A stretch of 64,000 nt of DNA from contig CM074811.1 of NCBI GenBank assembly GCA_037447605.1, positions 868,001-932,000 on the forward strand, given 5' to 3'. Positions 57,901-64,000 of this stretch are shown piece after piece (within the stretch, counting starts at the first letter, position 1; the number at the start of each line of letters is the position of its first letter). The DNA is from Zygnema circumcarinatum SAG 698-1b (Eukaryota > Plantae > Zygnematophyceae). The notes below the pieces were generated by a model, which ran no database searches, was not told the origin of the DNA, and saw nothing but the letters and a program-made list of their open reading frames with translations. A program made the translations under genes and the position numbers.

Positions 57901-60900
57901 CATTCGGGAGAGCCTGGCAGTGCAAAAACAAAAACAAAAACAAAAACAACACGCTTAGCTCCTTCAGCTCTTACTTGACTTTTACTGAAATTGTTTGTGT
58001 CCTGTTATTGGCAGTAGCTATGCGTGGTTGATCGAAGGCTGATCATCCTCATCACTCGGAATCCTCAAAGAAAAATGCCTCTCATGTAGTTCCATTTAGA
58101 TATACCAAATTTCGAAGTCTCTTCACGATCGACAGGAGACACATGAGCATTGACAAAGGAACTTCACGCACCTAACTTGCTAGAACAACATTCCAATTTT
58201 AATTTGGGGCCAAAGTTTCGTTCCCACGACTTATTCCTGGCCCAGGTCCTTCTTGTTTGAAGCAAAAAATTGATCCATAGTACGGAATCAGTGGACCAAC
58301 GATGCTCGAGAATATAATTTAAGTGAAAGGGTAGAGAAGGTAGACTGCGTGTTCTTGTTAAGCACCTGAATCATGCGGGCCACCTGTCGGAGGGCGAAGC
58401 CAAACTGTGCGGGACCACTATTGATGAAATGGGAAGGCAACTCCTCCACTGTAATCCGGTTACTCTGCAGCAGCTTTTCCTTCGCATGAATCACACGATT
58501 TTGCAAGGTGGTCCAGCATCTCCCTGGATTGTCGGCTTCCACCTGTACAGAGTTCAAAGAGGATGCTTATGTTAATTGTTGCTATCCCCAAATTTTGCCT
58601 AACAGACTAATAATCTTTATTGCATCGAAAAAATGTCGAAATCCAAAAAATCTAATTGGTCTGAACTGCTTTCACAGTTAGGGGGAAAGATAGCATAGAA
58701 CCTTATAGTCAATACGCCATAGCCTCCTCACCTGATAAAAGAGACTCCACATATTTAATGAAGAAAAGAAAGTTTACTAAGTCAGCTGATCGATGTTAAA
58801 CCTTTAGAAACACTGATGAAATTAAAATGCACATAAGGAGGCCATTGGAGTTGGCAATAGTCACAAACAATATCTCACCGGCTTCCCATCCACAGGGGTA
58901 ACACGGAAAACAAGTTTTCCACTTTTGCGCAGAATTTCCATACGGTACTCCACCAACTGCGTAACATCTGCCATCCATGTTTAAGACCCCAAAACTTTTA
59001 CAGAGTGAGTTCCTCCTCAATGGTAGGGCCAAAGATAGCAGAATATCCACTACCAATGAGAAAGGAATGCTACCCGCCCCTCTAACTTTACACTAAGAGC
59101 ATTATGGGCATGCATTGAAAGGCCATTCTACAATGTGCTATAAAACACATTAAAACACATTTTTTATGTGTTAAAAAACTGAAATCCTGAGTGTCTCTTC
59201 GTTTGTCCTGTGCCCTCGTCTGTTTCGTTTGTTATTTCATAGGAGGAAAACCAGAGAGATTTATGATTGCAGACTAGCCTCCTTCAAGGCAAAGTCACCT
59301 CCCACCTTTGGAGGAAGGAAACTTCCGCATAGCCATGTATCCCTCCGGCCAGATATATTTGTCAGAATGAAAATGTTCCGAATCAGTAACCACCTTTCCT
59401 GCCCATAAACCCCTCTCCCTGCGCTTTCCTTTGAGCCGCATCACAGGCGGGAATGGGTATGAATGCTGAACGTAGGTGTGCAAGGCAAAAGTATAAATGC
59501 AAGAGATGAGAAAGCATCGGTCACGTGGGTCTCAGGAAAATTCCAACAAACGCACCGAGACTGAGGACGGTGAGGGGTCCTACGACTAATGGCATCTGGG
59601 GCTGTTGAAACATGTTCTCAGCCTTTCCCTCCACCTCCTCTCCGTCATCCACAGAACCATATATAACTGTGTTTCCAACAGAGCTAGCCATTTGAGGCGG
59701 CACAACGTTCTCTGTCAAATACCTGTTCAGAGACCAAAAAACAAGATGGGTCTTTAAAGTTAGCAAATCACTTAGCAGTAGAGACTTTCAACGGTTGTGA
59801 ACCTTCGCATCCTTCGCAATTTTACTTTGTTAGCCTCCTCTAGCTCCAAACCCTGTCCCGTTCGTGATGTGTATTTGACTGTTCTGAATACCCTTCCCAA
59901 CCCTGACAGCCTGCCAACACAGTTTTATGCAAGGCTGCCATCATACGCACAGAAAAAGGAAGACTTCGAAAAAAAAAAAATGCAATGAAAAAGAGGTAGA
60001 AAAACTAAAGGGGGGATTCCTCACCTCTCCAGCTGTTCCAAGGCTTGCAGAAAGGCTGGGGAATGGCTTTTCGTGTGGAAGCGAGCTTCAAGTCCCCAAG
60101 AAAGGCGATGACAGCTTCGGCGGCTTTGTACAGCGAATTCGAATGTTCCAAAAAATTGCAAAGCCACTTTCGAAGGACCGTGGTCTCGGGCCCCCTTCAA
60201 ACCAGCTGCTATGGCATGCTCTTCATCCAGCACCATTGCCGGCCAATCGGGAAATCCTGAAAACAGGTCATTGAATTCACAAGGGATTTCCAAAAGATGT
60301 CATTTAAGAGATGTACATACACCAGCGGAAGATTGAAACGTCAGAGGAGAAGCTGTAGGCCTACTTAAGTGCTTTGCAGTTACTATGGGCAAAAGCTCCG
60401 ATGCAAATAAAAAGTTTACTGCATTTTCTGACATATGCTATTTTCTTCCACCTGCCCACCTTGACATATTACCACGCCTTCAGGTATTTGTGACAACTGT
60501 TCAGCAAGATGCCTGACCATCTACGACAGCAAGCTACGAGATTACCTTTCACTTTACTCCACACAAGTTCCCCGTGGCAAAACTCTGGCTGCTTCTCGAC
60601 TTGTTTACTGGACAGCATTGGTCGGCCAGTTTCGTTTATTCCATCCTCGAAGGAATTACATTTCCTGATATCTTGCACTACTGCTTTACCACTTGTCACA
60701 TCCAAATGTTCGGATGGAGTCACCAGCAACTTAACACGCTCGTTTGAAAGCAGTAGCCATTCAGACTCCGACTCTTCATACAATACCTGCGTAGAGAAGG
60801 TCACAACAGATCACACCACATGCCTTAGCATTTTTGAAACATGTTTCACTTCAGTTCAATGATAGGAAACCATCAAGCATTATGGAAGAAATCCTGCAGT

Positions 60901-63025
60901 AATCAAAACAAGTTCAGAGGAACGATTTCAAAAATGCTACAATCGCCAGAACCCATCCCCTGATTAAAGCTCTATCACTAAATCCCGACTTCAAGTGCGC
61001 CGAGAGGCCTTGTCGGGTTCTTCGAGTTTAGGGCAACTTCAGCAGTGTTGACCATAAAAGCCTAAATGGATTGTTTTTATAACTTGCAAGAACTTTCTGG
61101 CGATAAATCACCAAATTGAACTTATAATCCTCAATATAGTACAACCCCCTCCCTCCCTTCCTCCCTCAAACGGTTCAGGCATGCCACAACCACTACTGTA
61201 TGTGATGAAAAAGGTCCGCAGAAAAAGGTCGAACACATTTCGTACAAATGTTCCTAGACAACAGCCTGAATTCTGCTTCTTCTCATGAATTTATTTTACC
61301 GAAACATGATCCCACATTCCTGCACAGTCGTTCGAAGGACCATAAACATACCTTGTACTTGCCCGTTGCACTGTTGTATTCATGCACTACTCCAGGATAC
61401 CATTGAACATCCAATGGCCAAAATATCTGAAATGCGTTACCAGACATGTGACTCAGAAAGAACATCATTCAAAGGCACTAAGCCATATACTTCATCGTAC
61501 ATAGCAATTCAGGTTGGATGATCCCCACCAACCACGTGTCGCATATCCAATTCACTAACAAACAAGCAATGTTTCCGATTCGCAATGTTTTCGTTTCCGA
61601 TTTTGCTTTGCAAACAAACCCTCAGATACTAATTACGAGAGTTTTGAGGGTAAGGGGGGATAGGGCGACCATTGAATGAACCACACAGCACAATGCGAAT
61701 TAGACTCAGTGATTGCTCAAGTCTTAACCTTGCTCTGCTTACATGACACCAAAGATGCCTCCCTGTGCTATTCTAGAGGCTGAGAAAAGCTTTACAACAA
61801 TCAAATGACCTCAATCAATGACAGGAAAGCCCCCTAAAATGCGTCTTCATCCAAAATAACCTTTTGGGCAGTTGAAATAGAATCAGGTGTACCTTGCAAG
61901 CCCGGCCAACAAGAGCGCGATGATCGAATCCAACTAATGGCACCCTGCATGCATTTTTCCAGAACCCAAATTCCTCAAACAAGGGCACCAAAACATGAAA
62001 ACTATATGTCCGTGCCTTGGTCTATAATCAAGCACGTCGCCCTATGTTATTACAACCTGCAAGCTCGTGCTTCCGGTTCAAGGTACCAAAGGCTTAACAG
62101 CTCGCACTAGCATGGTCTTCCGGAAGCATCCAGCTCCTTGATTTCCGATACTTAACTTGCAAATAAGGTACCCAACATTTTATAAACTTTAACTACCACA
62201 GAGCACCCCAACGTGCAGCGTGCCAAACAGTAGCCCTTGGAGAAGAGGAGACAAAAAGGAGGAGATGACTTACTCCTGCCAGTACTTCTTTAACTTTGCC
62301 GCTACTTCAAACTCTTTTGCTGCAAGAGTCAAGCTCGCATTCCTTGACGTCATTTCATCCTTCCTCGTTTGGCTTTTTGTTTTAAATTCATTCTTTCCCT
62401 GCTTTGGCTTGCCTCTCGCGCGCTTTACAGGCGGAGTGTGCAGAAGCTTGTCCATGACCATCTCAACCTCATCTTTACGAGCCTTCTTTTTACATGTTTC
62501 TTCGCGTTGCATCTTCAGTTGTTGAAGGTCAAAATATTGGTTGACAGGACATCTCCGTTTCTTCGCATCTGGACTGCTCACAATCTGGCAATTCAGGTTT
62601 GCATCGGAGCTCAATCCTGTGGAGCCCCTATTTCCGGATGCATGCTCTACGCCCTCGGCAGTCCGTGACTCGCAGCTCTGCCTCACTTCCACTTCTAGAC
62701 GGAGCAACCTTTCCTCAGTCGCTCCTCCTGCTGCTGCTGCTGCATCCTCCTCTGATCGCCTCCGCTTGTAGAAGGAGCGCACTGTTACTACATTCCGTAT
62801 TTTATGGCTGGCTTGACCTCCTCCTATTTCCCCAGACTTCCCTTTCCTTTTACTCAGAGACCTCGCACTTCCGTCGTTTATTTCAGTCACAACTGTTCCG
62901 CTTTGACTGACTGACTCGCCGACAGTTGGAACTGTCAAAGTCTCCATCGCAGGAGGCCTCTCCTCCTCCGACTCCAGATCGCATGTTAGACAAAGCTCCG
63001 TGCTGCAGATGTTGCCGGTACACAT
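51923..63025 (-). CDS. ATX1: Trithorax-type histone H3K4 methyltransferase, ATX1/ATX2-like
   Basis: Ordered domains across many exons: Tudor-like (FWPLDVQWYPGVV), PWWP (GELVWSKVKG..DWPA..QFFGT), FYRN (GKVVTDSEHFH..IWPEGY), PHD (CSVC..CDSCRMM|VHMDCYG..WLCDVC..CCLCP), ePHD, RAEPFNAAVRRGRREP, SET (IEYAGE, GAGTYMFRID, HLINHSC, EELTYDY) and post-SET (CHCGSAVCRG). Stop at 51923-51925. The start Met could be 63025 or 62947. Confidence 0.95.
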
Positions 63026-63582
63026 GATTCAATGTAACTCTTCAAAAATAAAATATCCTCACGCAATATTCTGTTGATGCGTTGGCCCCTCAAGGCATCT
63101 ACCACACAACATCTCCCCCTTCTCTCCTCTGCATCCTCCCCTGCAATGTAGCAGCATACCTTCCTTTTTCCAAACCCTAAATTATGCCCTGCCCAACTGC
63201 TCCTCCTGCTTTCCTGCCCCTATATACTCTCTCCCTAAATATATATACACGCCCTATATACTGTGTCAGCAGCAGCAGTCCTCAAATAATTAGAAAGTAA
63301 GAAAGGGCGCCAAATATTACAGGAGGTATACAATTGAAAAGTGGCAAACAACAAAGTCACATTTTGGCTCCCTAATTGAAAAAGCCTCTTATTTTTTTGA
63401 AGTCCTCCGGCGCGAAAACTTGCCCTTTTGGCGTTCTATGTGAAAATCAAGTAGCCGTCCCGAATCTTCCGCATTTTACGGGAACGGGAGCATAGATCTC
63501 CAGTGGACCGTTTGCTAAAATCCTTTTTGAATGCCCAAATTTTTCTCAACCGCCGTCGGCGACGGAATTTGTTTTTGATTTA

Positions 63583-63790
63583 TATGGCCAATCACAACAT
63601 GTCACGTGAGAAATTTTTCCACGTGTTTGTCTCCTATTGGCTGTACACCTGAAATCGTACTTTTTCAGATGCCCGCCCCGAGCCGAGTCCGAGACCCGCT
63701 TCTGTACGGCGTCTGCGACCGTTTGAGTGACCGTAGAGAAAGTACATTTGAATCGTACGAATGGTGCCGTACGGCATGGGCCGTACGGTG
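63583..63790. promoter_or_regulatory. Probable bidirectional promoter between ATX and the next gene (CCAAT boxes, CACGTG boxes, CGTAC cluster)
   Basis: ggccaatca, tcacgtga, ccacgtg, attggc and several (C)CGTACG motifs lie between divergently oriented genes. Confidence 0.4.
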
Positions 63791-63896
63791 GGCTCATGCA
63801 TATATTGAGGCCATGGAGGATGGCAGCCATGGGGGCTGAGGCTGGAAGAGGAAGGGAGGAGAGGGAGTTGGAGGGAGGGAGGGAGGGAGGCCGGCC

Positions 63897-64000
63897 ATGG
63901 CGGCCAGGGACAGCCTCAAGGAGGCCGGGAGGGTCTTTAAGGGGGAATGTACCCTCGAGAATTCTGCCGCTGACGTCATGAAGGGGGATGATGCCTTTGC
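63897..64000 (+). CDS. Possible start of a gene running off the window (MAARDSLKEAGRVFKGECTLENSAADVMKGDDAF...)
   Basis: ggccATGG in good context after a GA-rich leader and promoter-like region, open to the window edge. No homology recognised. Confidence 0.35.
   Translation, partial: MAARDSLKEAGRVFKGECTLENSAADVMKGDDAF

Overview
Eukaryotic nuclear DNA from a streptophyte (green plant lineage). The compact intron-rich genes, AAACCCTA telo-boxes and algal/bryophyte-type mitochondrial rps4 suggest a streptophyte alga, possibly Zygnematophyceae, but that assignment is only an inference. Seven spliced protein-coding genes can be reconstructed by eye: a 5'-truncated giant protein of about 2,900+ aa with Ig/ASH-like repeats (+), a small C18orf32-like membrane protein (-), CDK5RAP3/C53 (-), ribonucleotide reductase small subunit (+), an NT-C2/EEIG1-type plant protein (-), a conserved uncharacterised plant protein (-) and a trithorax-type H3K4 methyltransferase ATX1/2 (-). 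An eighth gene may start at the right edge. Intergenic DNA carries a decayed CRE-clade (restriction-like endonuclease) non-LTR retroelement plus four orphan copies of its 3' tail, a 1.1-kb foldback element, three Tourist/Harbinger-like MITEs and a hAT-like MITE. The most striking feature is a mitochondrial insertion between C53 and RNR2. It holds the complete rps4 in circularly permuted order (3' part first, 5' part last) with an exact 86-bp terminal redundancy around a 10-N assembly gap, as expected if a circular mitochondrial molecule, possibly the whole mitogenome, was opened within rps4 and integrated. No rRNA, tRNA or CRISPR array was found. Many ORF-track entries are artefacts of GA/CT-rich simple repeats. 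Family names come from recalled motifs, not database searches.
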